Position numbers and translations under genes: made by a program. Source: Tubiluchus corallicola (Eukaryota; Animalia; Priapulida). From it: 64,000 bases of DNA. The notes under the pieces are model-generated. The model had not been told where the DNA came from. It worked only from the letters and a program-made list of their open reading frames with translations, and did no database searches. Each line of letters begins with the position of its first letter. Positions within the stretch are counted from its first letter, which is position 1. Location of the stretch: the NCBI GenBank assembly GCA_030141605.1, contig JAQGDQ010000014.1, positions 868,001 through 932,000 of the forward strand, in the 5' to 3' direction. Shown here piece after piece: positions 27,401-40,700 of the stretch.

Positions 27401-30400
27401 GAATTGTGCAATCTGGCAATGCTCTGATGGCAAATATTGTAATGATGACTCTGATGGAAACGGATATACTTCATTTTTTTTATTTGTGTACGTCCTTCTC
27501 AATTGGTGTGGATAGCTTTTAATATTTTTTTTGTTGTCGCATGTAATTAGTAGAGTTAGTATTTTGTGAGTTTGTGTACATGTAGTAATTTAGCTTTTTA
27601 GTGTGTTATATGGCAATTTTAATGCTGAATTAAAGGTGAATTGAAATGAATTAATTACTGAGCATGCAAGAAAAAAGACAGTTTCTTCTTTCAAACTGTA
27701 AATGTCACAGTGCGATAATACTTACTTGCATTACAGAATTAAAAAAACATGTATTTCCTAAGTTGCTCAGCCCCTTCACTTTAGGTAGACTTGTTGATGT
27801 GAAGCAAGCTTTTTGTTTTCCATGAACACCACCTTTCTCCTCAAGCTTTTTTGATGGTGCCTGTTGGGTAACTTCAGTACTAGGTTCCTTTCCCTGAGGC
27901 ATATCTTCTCTGTCTTTAGCAGACTTGTCTGTAAAAACATTAGAAAAAGTTAGCACCAAACATTTGATAAGCTATGCAACACCTGACGACTGATACAACC
28001 ACAAAATATCTTCAAAATATTATAGAATTACAGCAAGTCAATCACTAAACATTTATTAATGTCAAACAGTTGCTATCAAATCTGACAAGAGGTTTATTAA
28101 GATGCGCATTGTTTTGATACAATTAGGCCTGATACCTTGACCAGTTATTACACTGTTCTACTAATTTTTTTTACAAAAAATGAATAATAGAAATAGATGA
28201 AATGTCACATGCTTTGCTTGGATCAGTAGAATTAATGAATAATAGAAACCGATGAATTGTCATATGCTTTGCTTGGGTCAGTAGTACAAATCGCTCCAGG
28301 TGGTTTTGAACATCGTAATTAAGCAATCACTAGTCAAAAACATTTGCCATTCAACAAATGCTCTGTGCTAGGTGCTCAAAAACTAAAATTCGGCCTTTTT
28401 TGTCATCATTCCCAAGCGAACAAAACCATCGATTAAAATAGTTTTACTGTTTTAAAATAGTGATCATTACTATTCTACTGTTCTTTTCAAAGTGATCATT
28501 ACTTAATTAACAAATTTCAGCAAGCTACATACTGGGACCGTCAAGCTTTGATAATCCAGCCCGCTTTCGCACAAATTCAACACATTCGAGCAGTTTCTTG
28601 CTAGATTCTGCAGTGACTTCATCATCACAGTCATAACACCTATAATACACATAAGTTACAATTATAACCAGCCTACAAGTCTCACTGTAATCTCAATAGG
28701 TTTTAAGAAAAGTTGTTTAGTATAAAAAATTTTTAACAAGTAAAATTACAGTACACTACGCTGTAAATGTATATATATATATTACAAAACTATATTGAAA
28801 CAATAATTCCCATAATTTCAGTAATCATTAGTTGTTACCTAAGAGAAAAACAAGTACCATTACTTACCATACAGTCCAAAGAATTGTATTCAGCACCAAC
28901 GAGTGAGATACTGAGTGAGGTGTTTTATAGTGCTTCAGTGCATGTTGCTCTGGGGTAGCTCGACCACAACCCTTTAAATAAGTACATGTTTTACAATTTA
29001 CAACTATTTGACCAAAGCCACCTAGTACTCTGGCTGAAAACGTACTTTTATGTTTACAGAATAAGATTAGTCCTTGGTTGACAATAGAACTAATGCTCTC
29101 AAAAAGCTAATGGAATTGCTAGAGAAAGTCATCAAGTAAAAGTAACAAAAATAATGTTCATGTGCAGCTAGTACGAATGTGTCATTCCAAGTGTGACTGC
29201 ACTGACTTGTGATTATGGTGGGTATTGAGGGGAGATTTTGAAATTTTATAATTCGATTATAATCTTGTTCTTGTAATTCGATATAACTAATTTTTTGCGT
29301 TTTGCATTGCAGTGAAATATAGCCTATAAACCTTCTCAGTCTCAGTCTGCTATTTTCTTGCTTTCACAGTACTTTTATAGACGCACATTCTTTAACTACT
29401 TTATGACTACATCACTACACACATCACGTCCCAACGAATTTGTGGCCTCCAGTCAACACGTTCGCATCATGCGCATTGCGTATGACAAGAAAAAGGAAGA
29501 AAAAATGTAAAGATTCTGTGTATTTGTGTGAAAAAGCTGCCTTTTACTCAGCATGTAAAATGTATATTTTGCTCTTGAATAAATTGAATTAGTGTTCAAT
29601 CGCTGATTATATCGATTTATACATGGTTGCAAATCACAGTTAATTCGATTAATCTATTAATCGTCCATCACTATGGTTCAGCATTGAGTATTCCTGTTTA
29701 AAGAATTCTTATTCAATTCAAAATTGATTAAAAATTTCTTAACAACAATTTACTTGCATATGACTGAATCAAATTACTACAACACATTCAACAAAACAGC
29801 GACTGATAATACAAGCAAGTAAAGTTATTTGTGAATTAAAATGCAACTATAACCAGTTTGTTAAAGTCAGCTAAGAAGCCTTTTTTTACATAATTCACCA
29901 CAAGCAAGGTCATGAAGAAAGGAACTACAGTACAAAGTGGGAATATTCATACAAAATTGGAAACTTAATAAAAATTCCACAATATGAGCAACCCATCATT
30001 AACTGACTTCAGGCGAAATGAAAAAAAAGGATAGAAATTACCAATCACTAATATTATTTTTCATTTCACGTTATAGCACGCTTATCAAGTAAAAACACAA
30101 CCAAAAAGGACTTTTAGTAATTACTTAAATTGTTTTTTTATAAAAATTTGAATTAAATTTAAAACAAAAATTTACTTAATATGGATTAAAAAAGCTCAAA
30201 TTTTATGTTTTCCTACAGCATCAATTAGGTTTACTACGGACTAACCTGATGTCCACATTGTAAACATAGCCATATATTAGCTAATAAATAATCAGATGCA
30301 AATTCTTCTAGCCCCTCTTCAATCTGCTGTGATTTTTCTATACCAGCCTCATCTTGACAACATGCCTGACACTCCGTCAAGTTTTGTCGAATGTTTTTCC

Positions 30401-31042
30401 TGATGTTACCCAAATTGACAGCTTTTCCAATGTGTGGGCACGTTGGCTCTGTATGAAAAATCATGCAACTATGACTGCTATTTATTTCAACAAGAATGCA
30501 GCCAGTTTTATGAACTAAGGCACAAAAGTAAGGAACTAAGGCACATATAGCACACCACGAGCTTGTTTTTAATAATTTAATAAAAAAGAAGTTATATTCC
30601 GGAAATGCATTTACTGGTTCACAGTCTTGTATGTGAGCTGCCTTGTATAGTAAATATAAACAAGTAATCTATGAAAAACAGTTTTACCTACTTGGCAATA
30701 CAATATTTCCTTTAATTAACAAAAAGCTTAATGAGGAGCCATTTAATACAGTCTCTAAAACAATGGATGAAATGAAAGTAGAGGACATTTTTTGTCTGTG
30801 AATTCCTGTATAATTTGAATTATCATTATCTAGTAAGTAGAATAGATGAGAAATCTTATTAGATTTTTCAGCTGTTTGAGATGTTAATCCACTTATTTCG
30901 TACTGCACACCAGCAATGCGCAACCACTCAAAGCAATGTTACCTCCACTATGATGTTCTGGGCCTTTTCCATCATCAGAAGTGTCTGATGCATCGGCTTG
31001 AGCAAACCTGGACTTTCTCACTTTCTTCTTATTCTTCGCCAT
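15450..31042 (-). CDS. USP45: Ubiquitin carboxyl-terminal hydrolase, USP16/USP45 family (ZnF-UBP + peptidase C19), ~1008 aa
   Basis: 15 exons with consistent phases: 31042-30943, 30448-30246, 28971-28868, 28639-28533, 27928-27726, 27074-26925, 26422-26289, 24568-24390, 22634-22441, 21390-21247 (GC donor), 21060-20871, 18522-18430, 17834-17130, 16451-16267, 15785-15450. Motifs: ZnF-UBP ([28 protein letters not shown]), Cys box [32 protein letters not shown], His box [29 protein letters not shown]. Probably co-orthologous to USP16 and USP45. Confidence 0.93.
18653..19514. mobile_element. hAT-like non-autonomous element
   Basis: Starts cagggatgtgc and has subterminal (g)atcgg repeats at both ends. 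8-bp flanks gttttgga / attttgga. Confidence 0.6.
19930..20777. mobile_element. Long-inverted-repeat (foldback) element in USP intron
   Basis: Arms ~19930-20290 and ~20520-20777 are reverse complements, e.g. gctttaaagtcaaaataa / ttattttgactttaaagc and catttaagatggcataaaggtatt / aatacctttatgccatcttaaatg. Ends tagtcc...ggacta. Confidence 0.75.
23784..24275. mobile_element. hAT-like MITE family A, copy 1
   Basis: TIR tagtgatgg / ccatcattt and TSD actatagc / actgtagc. Homologous to 29223-29673 and, inverted, to 39639-40061. Confidence 0.75.
25330..26110 (-). mobile_element. Possible highly decayed non-LTR retrotransposon fragment
   Basis: Coding-like composition with fragmentary Trp/Cys/His-rich frames suggestive of a LINE ORF2 C-terminus. 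No intact ORF. Confidence 0.3.
27150..27655 (+). mobile_element. 5'-truncated non-LTR retrotransposon 3' end (antisense within USP intron)
   Basis: ORF 27070-27522 contains FYCCSLW...[13 protein letters not shown]...YSASQM, typical of a LINE ORF2 C-terminus. Followed by an attaaa signal and a tgaattgaaatgaa tail. Confidence 0.7.
28179..28284. repeat. Two-copy ~55-bp tandem duplication
   Basis: aatgaataatagaaa..gatgaa.tgtca.atgctttgcttgg.tcagtag appears twice in tandem. Confidence 0.8.
29223..29673. mobile_element. hAT-like MITE family A, copy 2
   Basis: Collinear similarity to 23784-24275. Right end ccatcacta; left end and TSD decayed. Confidence 0.7.
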
Positions 31043-33454
31043 GATGACCACACTCTTGGCATTTGTTGTTACCTCTAGAACCCGCATTAATAACGGCTGT
31101 AGTGAGGTGACAGTATTAATCCTGCAAATCAATAGATTTTATAAATTATCTGAAGGACAGGCAATTAAACATCGTTTTATCAATATTTCAATTTTAGGTT
31201 TAATAAGCACCAATCATTTGTCTATTTTGGTATCGACATACATGTACTAGAGGTGTAGATACAAAATAACAAATTGTTAAGCAGTTCTCTTACTATATTA
31301 ACATCGATTATGATGGTAATAAAACATACAATATCCGTATGGCTACAGTCTTGTGTGTATAATAAAAACAATGTTTTCATTTATTTCAAGAATAGTCCTG
31401 AAGTTAGCCTGTAGATGAATAATAAAGTATTCTTGAAAGTCAAAGTACAAGTTCAAATATTACACTAAAACATGAAATGGGATAATTCACTATATAGTTT
31501 GTTTTAAAGTACAAGGGAAGGCATTTTTAATGTGAAGTTCAAATCACAGTTTTGTCCTCAACTACTTAAATCCATAACAAGCGACAGACGCAAAAATTTT
31601 AGTAACGAAATACAAATGTGCAAAAGTTTTAGCGTGACATCACTAGTATTTTACACTGGGCAGCTTTAGTATAGCAGCATGGTAAGTATTTTATTATTCT
31701 TACCTTTTGAATATCATACTGCCAGGGCTACTTTGTTGCTTAGAAGAGTGATTACTTTAAAGTTTTCCAAAAGATAAAATTGTAAGAGAGCAATTGATTC
31801 ACAGGTGTGACTGATGAGAAAAGAGCTGGGTGGGCACCATGAGAGTTTGCTAACTTCACATTACAGAATACGATATTTAGTCTGAGTAAGGTGTACGGTT
31901 CGACTTGAAAGCAACTGTGAGGTTTAAAACAAAAAAATCTTGCTTTGTTACTGCTTTGAGTAGGAGACATTGAACTGTACAAATTCTAACTAAATGCACT
32001 TGCGAAATTTTAGGGTCAAATAAGTTAGACTGACCTTATCTGATATGTTTTTGGGAGTTGCAACAGTAAAATTAAAACAACTGTTATTATTGCAAAAATG
32101 CACAAAAATTGCAAAAAATATCTATAGTAATTCAGTAACTTCTACCTTAGATTAAACATGGTTTTCATGAAATTTAGCGAGAACAGTTAATCACCAGTAT
32201 TGTATGTACGTGTATTAACCCAGGAAGTTGTTTCTAGCAGGTAATTCAGCTATGATAATAATTATATTATTTGTAGCTCACAGGTTTAATTTGTGGAAGT
32301 ACTCGTCACTCATTTGCTCATACAGATCAATGAATCACCATACAGGACTGGACTCATAGCTTCCAAAGAGTTACCTTTATTTGATGTATTTAAACATTAT
32401 TTTTGACTATCTGTGATGTGTGTAAATCTAGAGAAATTAATATAAATTCAGCAAAAAAATTCTGATACAGCAGGAATTTTATATGTGTTTTACTGTATAC
32501 GTACATGCATTGCTAAAGGGACTAGAGATACCAGTGACGTTACAGCAAAACTAAAGCAGCTTATGTTTTTCCGTAAAAAGCTTCTCGTCAGTTTTTAAAT
32601 ATAAGGCTAACGAGAATGTCTAAACTGCATTTTAAGACCCAATCATTATCTTGACACCTGCGATGGTTCAGGTTTGAAGGGCCACGGGTACCCGAAAACC
32701 ACCTTTTGACGTAACATGTGCCAAAAGGTGTATGCTAATGATTTATGCTAATTTTACGACAGGAATAAATATTCTGTTTGTAATTTTCCTAAATAATATA
32801 TGGCTTGTTTTCTTTTCACTGGTTAACGACATTTATCCGACTCAAAACACAAGTAAGATACTATTTAATGACATGTAGCAACAAATTTAATAAAATTCTA
32901 AATATTCAAAAAAATGACAGCGATCATTAATATACAAAACGAAAAATGCCTTCCACAAAATACTGGCGACCTAACCAGGTTCTGTTGAATGTTCACTGGC
33001 AATACAACAGTCTGCGCTGACAGTCACAACTTTCAGATTTCTGCATGGCAGTGTCACGTAGACGACATTCCCAATATGGTAACCATTTAACATCTATGTC
33101 AAGGTAACAACATCTTCATATGGCGATGGAAACAACCATCACATTCCTCAAGTGAATCTGGCCATTTTACAGTCTACCATCCCTAACGTGTTAACCCAAC
33201 AAATGGCTATTAGCAGTTGACAAATTACGACAGTAATAACGTAAGTTGTGGTATACTGTTACGTCTTTATGTGATTGCTAACGTCTCCCTGGGTCCATGA
33301 ACCTTGCACGAGAACTCGGGGACCACATCACATGCTTTGATGTCAAACTGAGTCAGGATACAAGATGGAAGGTATTTGACGTGAAGACATACCTTCGTTT
33401 AGCACAGGAAACCACTCTCTACTATTACATGGCATAAAATTGGCAGGTAGAAAT

Positions 33455-33813
33455 TAGGGATGTTACGGAAACGAAATTTTCGGTTCGGCTTGCCGATAAT
33501 TGTACTTTCGGTTTCAGTTTCGGTAAAATATATTAAGTTTCGTAGCCGAGATTTTGGATAATTTTCCGTAGCATTTTGCAGAGGTTTTAGTGGCATTTAT
33601 CCAATTTACCATTTCTTTTCTCCTACATGTCAAAAACCACTGAAAAATCTTGGCTAAAATAATTCAAATAAAGCAAAAATATCCTTTAACATAACAGTTT
33701 GTGACGTGTTTTCAAAGCAATGCGGCATATTTTCAGTGCTGCCCACTGTGAAGTTTTAGGGTGAGCCGAAATTTCGGTTTCGGTTTGTAAATTCAGTTTC
33801 AGTAACATCCCTG
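33455..33813. mobile_element. hAT-superfamily MITE with perfect 8-bp TSD
   Basis: TIR tagggatgttac / gtaacatccctg. TSD gtagaaat at 33447-33454 and 33814-33821. Subterminal ttcggtt repeats. Confidence 0.85.
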
Positions 33814-35213
33814 GTAGAAATCCAGGTCAACACTGCTCACATGAATGTATGGCTTCAGCGGTTTTAACTTTAACGTGAAGAATTTTCTCTATGATGCAAT
33901 ACTCCTGTCCCTACCTGCCCCCCTACTAGAACATTAAATTAAATTAAAAAGGCAAAAAGAAAAGTTTATCTCTTCATCTCTTTATCAAAAGCCTAGCTCA
34001 TCAATGTGAACAAATATGCGTACGACTGTTAGGCTCGTAATTCGCTACATTACCATACTGGACCATCACAACACCCAATCATATTTTGCATTCAGTGTGA
34101 CTTTAAAGCCATAGGCCCAATACAAAATACAAAACCACACAATGATTGGGTGCCACTGATACTTACTAGCACTGGCTGACAAGGAAGTGCAGCTAATTTA
34201 AATTAGTTATATTTTTACTTCTTAGAAACCAACTTAGAAAATGTAATGATAGTACAATTATCTAAACAAAAAATGTCCTGAAATGCACTATTATTGACTA
34301 TACCACATTCTATAGTACTTTTATGTGATTTTCTGGCATTTATTCAGGTACATGAGTGAAACTGAGTTGAAGTTATAGTTATAGGAGTAATCAAGTGCAA
34401 TATTTGTTTGTTTTTTGTCGCTTGTGTCAGTTGTACTTATATACAAGTTATTTGCGATCTTTTGCTGCATTGCACAATAGGTTCATCATTTAGGTAATGC
34501 ACACATGCAGATATGAGATACTAACAAAAAGTAACATGACTATTAATGTCAAAAATATGTTTATTTTTAACTAATAACACGATTTTATAATGTAATATGA
34601 TAACTGCAAAACATAAGTCTCTCACAAACTGTTAATAGCACTACTAAGTTAACTAAACAAAATAGTTATATTTTATAAATAGGGATGGCTGCTAGGTGCC
34701 ATTATGATCTTTTGCCTACATATTATGAACTGTGTGTAATTAAATACTATATCAATATGTGCATATGGAGTGGGACTAATAAACTAATCTAAATCTGGCC
34801 TATTTGCTGGCAAAGTAATTTTCGTGGTTTATCATTTAAATGGAAAGCAGTTAACGTGCTTCTGACTGGTTGTCCGCAAAAATACTGCAGCTTTGGAAAA
34901 AAAATCTGCTTGGACAGTAGGAAACCGTATGGTAGGTGATTTTACCAAACGGTTTGACACAGCAATTAACAGCAAGAAATCATGCAGAAAACTGTTTAAT
35001 ATAAGTGGACCCTCAGTTCCAAGTTTAATTTGTACTTTTTTATTTCGATATAATAAAAAACGTTAAATTATTGAGAATACCTAATCGGCTATAACGATTA
35101 CACAACAAACCTAAATTTATGACTTGCACTGAACTTCTAAGGTAAATTTAACTGATTGCTTTCAGGAAAATTGCATTTTCATTCTTTTCTTAATGAATAC
35201 ACATACTGGTGCT

Positions 35214-35939
35214 GGGAGCGGAGTAAGACACTAGCCGAAGTAGGACAGTGGGAGTACATGGGCTAACCCAAGTAGGGCGTGTCGTACATGGGCTGCCCAA
35301 GTAGGACAATAGAGACAGTTCACGAATTGAGTCGTTAACCGTACTGGCAGCATCCGATGTCTTTGTTTATTTAATAATAATAATAATTGAAAACGTCAAT
35401 ACACTTTGAATAACTTATTATACATCTGATAAAATGAAAGAATCTTATTCTGAGCTAGTAGAAGGGCCAATACTAAATTTGGCTTCGATATTGATCTTTT
35501 TTAAACTGAAATAAGCCCCCTTTTTAGGTGATTCTAACATTTGCTTAAGGTATATCATTTTTATTTTGACTCGCTTCACAGACAGGTGATCAGTTTCACT
35601 ACCTCTAAGTCTTGGACAAAGAATTGTGTTCTACTAAGTAAACGGGCTAGTTTCTCTCTTGAAGCATTAAATGCTTAGTTTAATGTTATGATGATATTAA
35701 TGGAGCTAATAATGATGATGATATTATTGTGAAAAATACGTATGTAAATTGTCAAGGGCTATCCATCATTATTATACTTTTTTTCTAAAACAAATTTAGT
35801 TTTATTATGTCATCATTCTCGACAGAAATCGCAAGTGCCCTCCTTGGGTTGCCTATGTACGAGACTGCCTATGTCCGAAATTTAGCTCATGCGCTTTAGC
35901 CGAAGTATCCTACTTCGGCTAGTGACTTACTCTGCGCCC
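35214..35939. mobile_element. MITE with ~33-bp TIRs and subterminal repeats
   Basis: gggagcggagtaagacactagccgaagtagga ... tcctacttcggctagtgacttactctgcgccc, with internal gtacatgggct..ccaagtagg repeats. Superfamily not determined. Confidence 0.75.
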
Positions 35940-36050
35940 TAAGACTGGCTTTTTCAGTGTTGAAGTACCTGAAAAACGCACCGCCGAAAATCTTTCCACA
36001 TTTCTTGATTTCGTTGTATTGAACCGCCAAATGTGGGCTGATCAATGGGT

Positions 36051-36952
36051 GGGTAGTAAAAACGGCACAGAAAAACAACGCAAGAAAAAACAACATTTGG
36101 AAAGATAGGAAAAAACGGCACATTATTAAATTTGAGTTTAGGGCTAGATTTACTGTGTTGGATAATTAATTAGTTATTTTTACTTCTGCTAAGAAAATTA
36201 TGCTCCAACGCTGTTTGTTAGATTGATTGCTCTTTGTCTATACAGCAGTGAGCCTACTACGAAAAAACTACTTAACAGATTTCCACGCAACACTGTGGGG
36301 GTGGGTGGGGGGCAAGAAATGTACATTTTGAAGCAGATTCCTGGAAAGGGGAGGGTGAAAACTGTTAAAATGGGCGTTCTTTTTTCACAAGACTTGACCA
36401 AACATGTACAAGAAAATTGTGAAGTGCTTCTTGGACACCTCAGAAGGAGTATCATGGTTCTAGAAAAAAGAGGACTTTACTGCAAGATGGGGTAATTAAT
36501 CTTCTCACCACCAGGACAAACAACTACGAGTTAGTTACAGGTTCCTTTTTGAGGAATTCTGGCTTGGAAAAAAGTGTAATGCTGCCTCCATAGGAAAATT
36601 GGTATATTTGTCAGTCTATTATACCATAACTAAAATAACGGTTAAAGAAATATAAATGAACCCTATGTGGAATGTTTGTGCATTATTGATTATAATTATG
36701 TTTAATGAAGAATATATTTTGAGAGTTCTTTTACTAGTCTATATATTTTTGCATTTCCTTTCATCTTTGTTTTGTCTTTTCTGACAAAAGAATCAGACGT
36801 ACACGTTATGGATTTTGATACCTTGGCGGGGATCTGTTTTCTACTATAAGCGCATTCTAGTTTCATCATAAAATTATTTGAATTAAAATAACGTATGTGT
36901 TATTTTTTCTGTTTTTCAATTTCTGCCACCTTTTCCTGTGCCATTTTTACTT
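36051..36952. mobile_element. Possible decayed Mutator-like (MULE) element
   Basis: Inverted ends gtaaaaacggcacagaaaaa / ttttcctgtgccatttttac. Internal decayed coding-like sequence includes an RTNNYE peptide (~36513) resembling the MULE transposase RTNN motif. Confidence 0.4.
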
Positions 36953-37729
36953 GTTACATTTTTAACTACAAAGCAGAGTGAGCCACATTGAAGTCAAAGT
37001 CGATTGTTTCAATATAATCGCTCTGCACATACAGCTGCTAAAGCACATTTTAGTCTGCAGAATAAACTTCAATAACTGTTGTGTGCATGAGTCATTCTGT
37101 AGAGCATGCAAGCAAGCTGACTGCACAGTGGTTAATTGTCATTATATATTAATTAGGGTGAAGCATTTATAAACTGTACTTTGCCAAGACAACACACTTG
37201 TAACAGGCCACCACATAAGACACAGTTCATCAACGCCACTTATTGCTGGTCCATGGTGATTTTATAAAGCGAGGATTACTGTATTACTTTTCGGTCACCA
37301 GTCATTTTTGAAACTGATTCTGTGGCCTACTGGGCATATTTCAGTCAGATCTCTCACAGCAGCCAAGTTTTCACATTTTAATGTGGGTAACTTTGAATGC
37401 TTTGAACCTAAATCGTAAATCTTCCACTAAAAACGTCCCAACTCAAGTGGCATATTGTACAAATTTCATGAATGCTCAAAACCTTAGCAATCAGTTAAAG
37501 ACCATAACTTTATTTTACACTCTCCACAATTTTCGTGATCAGCTTATAAAAAATACTTCCTTGCATGGTTCATAAATACAGTAATTAACTTTTAAATTTG
37601 ATCAGCAATAATAACAATGATATGAAATTAATGATTCTATAGGGCTGACTGTGTAGTGCAAAGGCACAATACCATACATAAATATAAACACAAATTATGT
37701 TAATTGCTTCAGTGAAGCAGCGCAAAACA

Positions 37730-40700
37730 TCAGGAGGATGTGCAAGATATCTCTGCCAGCTTTAATACGTTCAATGCTTGTCGCAGCAAAGGCATGTCAA
37801 TCATGCTACCTTGAAATGTGAAAGCACCCTAAAAATACAAAAAATAACTATGTTAACAATCATATTGAAATGCTGATACATGCATTCCCAAAGCTTCTGA
37901 ATTCAAACAGGACATCTAAAATGTAAAAGCAGCTGTTTTAATTATTTGAAGCCCTTTTTTATGTTTTGGTTTATAAATTAGATTTTTTTGCAGTACTAAA
38001 ACATAAGACATTGTAAATTAATTTGACACCTGTTACGTGTGCCCAGCTGTCTCCTCTGTTATACATTGCCCAGTTGGTTGCTATCGCTCATTAATGTAAA
38101 TTCTAATGTTTATTCTAATGTAAATCTAATCCTTACATCCTTTCATTCTCCATGATTTCACCATCTTTGTCACCACATATTCTTCACATTCATAACCATT
38201 CATGATTTTCTTCTTTTATTTTGCACCTCCTGCACCTCGTTAATCCATATTACCTATTCGGCTCAAATCTTGCAAGTTTTACTTTGATCTGAGCTGGTAA
38301 TTTGTCTTGCTCATTGTAAATTGTAAGGCTATATCTAATTTAAGATCATTTCTGATGTCTTCATATTGTGCACTTTGTATAACATATTGTAATTTTTATG
38401 TTAACTGGCTTTGGAATAAATAAACTACTAAACCAAACTACTACTACAGTTAGCTAAAAGAGCTGAAGGTGTCACAGGAAGAGTTAAGAAACCGACACGT
38501 CAAAGAAACAAGTAGGTACAATGACACAGTAGGTACATGGAGGCTATGCTACTAAGTGAAGTCAGGCAGACAGGCCATTTGTGCAAGCAGAAAGTGGGCA
38601 AAGCCATTTGGGTGTTAACACTTGGCCAAAACATTTGGGGCCAATGCCGATGGGCAGCTACATGTACCGTAAGTCTGTGATTCGAACAAACAAGTATACA
38701 TTATATTTCTGTTTCTGCACTATGAATAACGCTGTGTATTATGGTATCGACAATGAATAATATTAAAATGTTACTAAATTTAAGAGGCTTCTTAATAAAA
38801 TGGGGAACAAAATCTGTCATTGATGCCTTACTGTCTAGTTCTGTTCTTGTTGATCGTACCCAAGAATCTACTGTTCTTTTGCAAATTCATATGCTGGAAA
38901 ATGTAAAAATGATCGCTCTTTGGCAGAAGCTTTGGCACATCGGGCAAAAGATAACTTGGCAGTGAGACATTTATAAAGCAGAAATGATCAGAAAACAGAA
39001 ATTAACTGCTATGGTTTGAGCTTAACACTAAAATGCCTTCAGCGAGTAACCCAATCTCTCCATTACTGGTGTACTGCTGTACCTTGCTCACATGTAAATA
39101 CAGCGAGAGTCACACATGCGCAGTGTTACCACTTATGGGATGTTACTTCCGCTTTCTTCCCTGATTTTTCGTGTTTCGCATGATGTCTGTGTGGCGCTAA
39201 ATTTGAATAGTTTCAATATTAACCAAAGCGAAACACGCAAGTTAATAGAGAAATAAACTGGCTTTTTTGTATCATGCTAGTCAGTAGTGAATTTTGACAG
39301 CAAGTGTTTACCAGGGTGTCAGTGGACCTTAAGAATTGCTGTTAGAAAAATCTGACAATAGTTTGCAATTGTATTTGAATACCAGTCTAATGTCTTTTAA
39401 ACAGTGAGCTGTATGAAAGGTCTTAAGAAAAGGGGCATATCAAACGACAGTGTTTTTTTAATTTTCATTATCACCATTAGCGACATGAGTAGTTGAATTT
39501 TGAAAATTTTTTGAGTAGTGAAACAATTTAGTGCTCATTTGAAAATTTTTCAGAATAAGCCAGTTTAGTGAAAGAGGTTTCATATGGGTTAATTCAGCTT
39601 CAAGTCAAATGTTATCACAATTATCTAGGGCTCTGAGGTAGTGATGAGGAATTAATAGATTAATCGAATTAATCGAGATTACAACCACGTGCAAATCTAT
39701 ATAAACAGTGATTGAACAGCAAAATATATGTGTTATACACTAACTAAAAGGCACAAATAAATGAAATTCTTGCATTTTTTCTTCATTTTTCTCACCTTAC
39801 ACAATGTGCACAATTGCAAACTACAGAGTTAGAAACTGGGGCTTCAAATTTGTTTTCACGTGACATGTGTAGTGACATAGTAATAAAGTAGTTAATGAAT
39901 GTGCGTGTCTATAAAAATAGTTCGTGACAGCAATGAAAGCTATTAAGAAATTTATATTTCGGTGCTGCAATGTTTGAAGAATATGGCTAAAACACTAAAG
40001 AACTGCCACAAAAGATTAATTGTGATGAATTATAAGAAAATTTCAAAATTGCCCACCACTACTCTGAGTATTTATTATTCGATCTCACTATTATTGTCAT
40101 TAGGAATTAATCTGTGTTAAATACTTTTTTGTATCAGTGCTCAGCACTGGCTTCAGTGCTCTTCTGTATCACTATTATAAACCTAGCGCTATTGTCTACA
40201 ATGTGTGTATAAAACTACATATGAAACTAAAAATGTTCTATAAAGCGAAAAGTAGTATTTTTAAGCAGCAAACTTGTGTTTAATTAACTGAACATGTCGA
40301 AGATGATTAAAAGGAAACCCAGCTGGCTGATACTACAGCTTCCAACTGCCATAAACAGGAGAATGCCAAGCTAGTTTACAAGCATGCTGGAAGACTATTT
40401 TAACTGACTTTGCTAACCCATTTGGTACCATTTAAATTTAAATGTACTCACTAAGTGCAAATAGACTTCTAATGTTTTCAATCACACAACTTATCCTAAT
40501 TTATCGTAATGAACAAACCAAATGAAAGACATTCTTAATTTACACGTATGTACATTTACAAGGACAAAAAACCGACCTTCCCAGATTTCTGATGTTCCTC
40601 AAAAGCAGCCACTAATTTTGTTGCCCATTCCACCTTCTTTCTGCTGGGTGAAAATGCTTCTTGCACCACAGTCACCTGAACAGGATGAATAACCTGTTTT

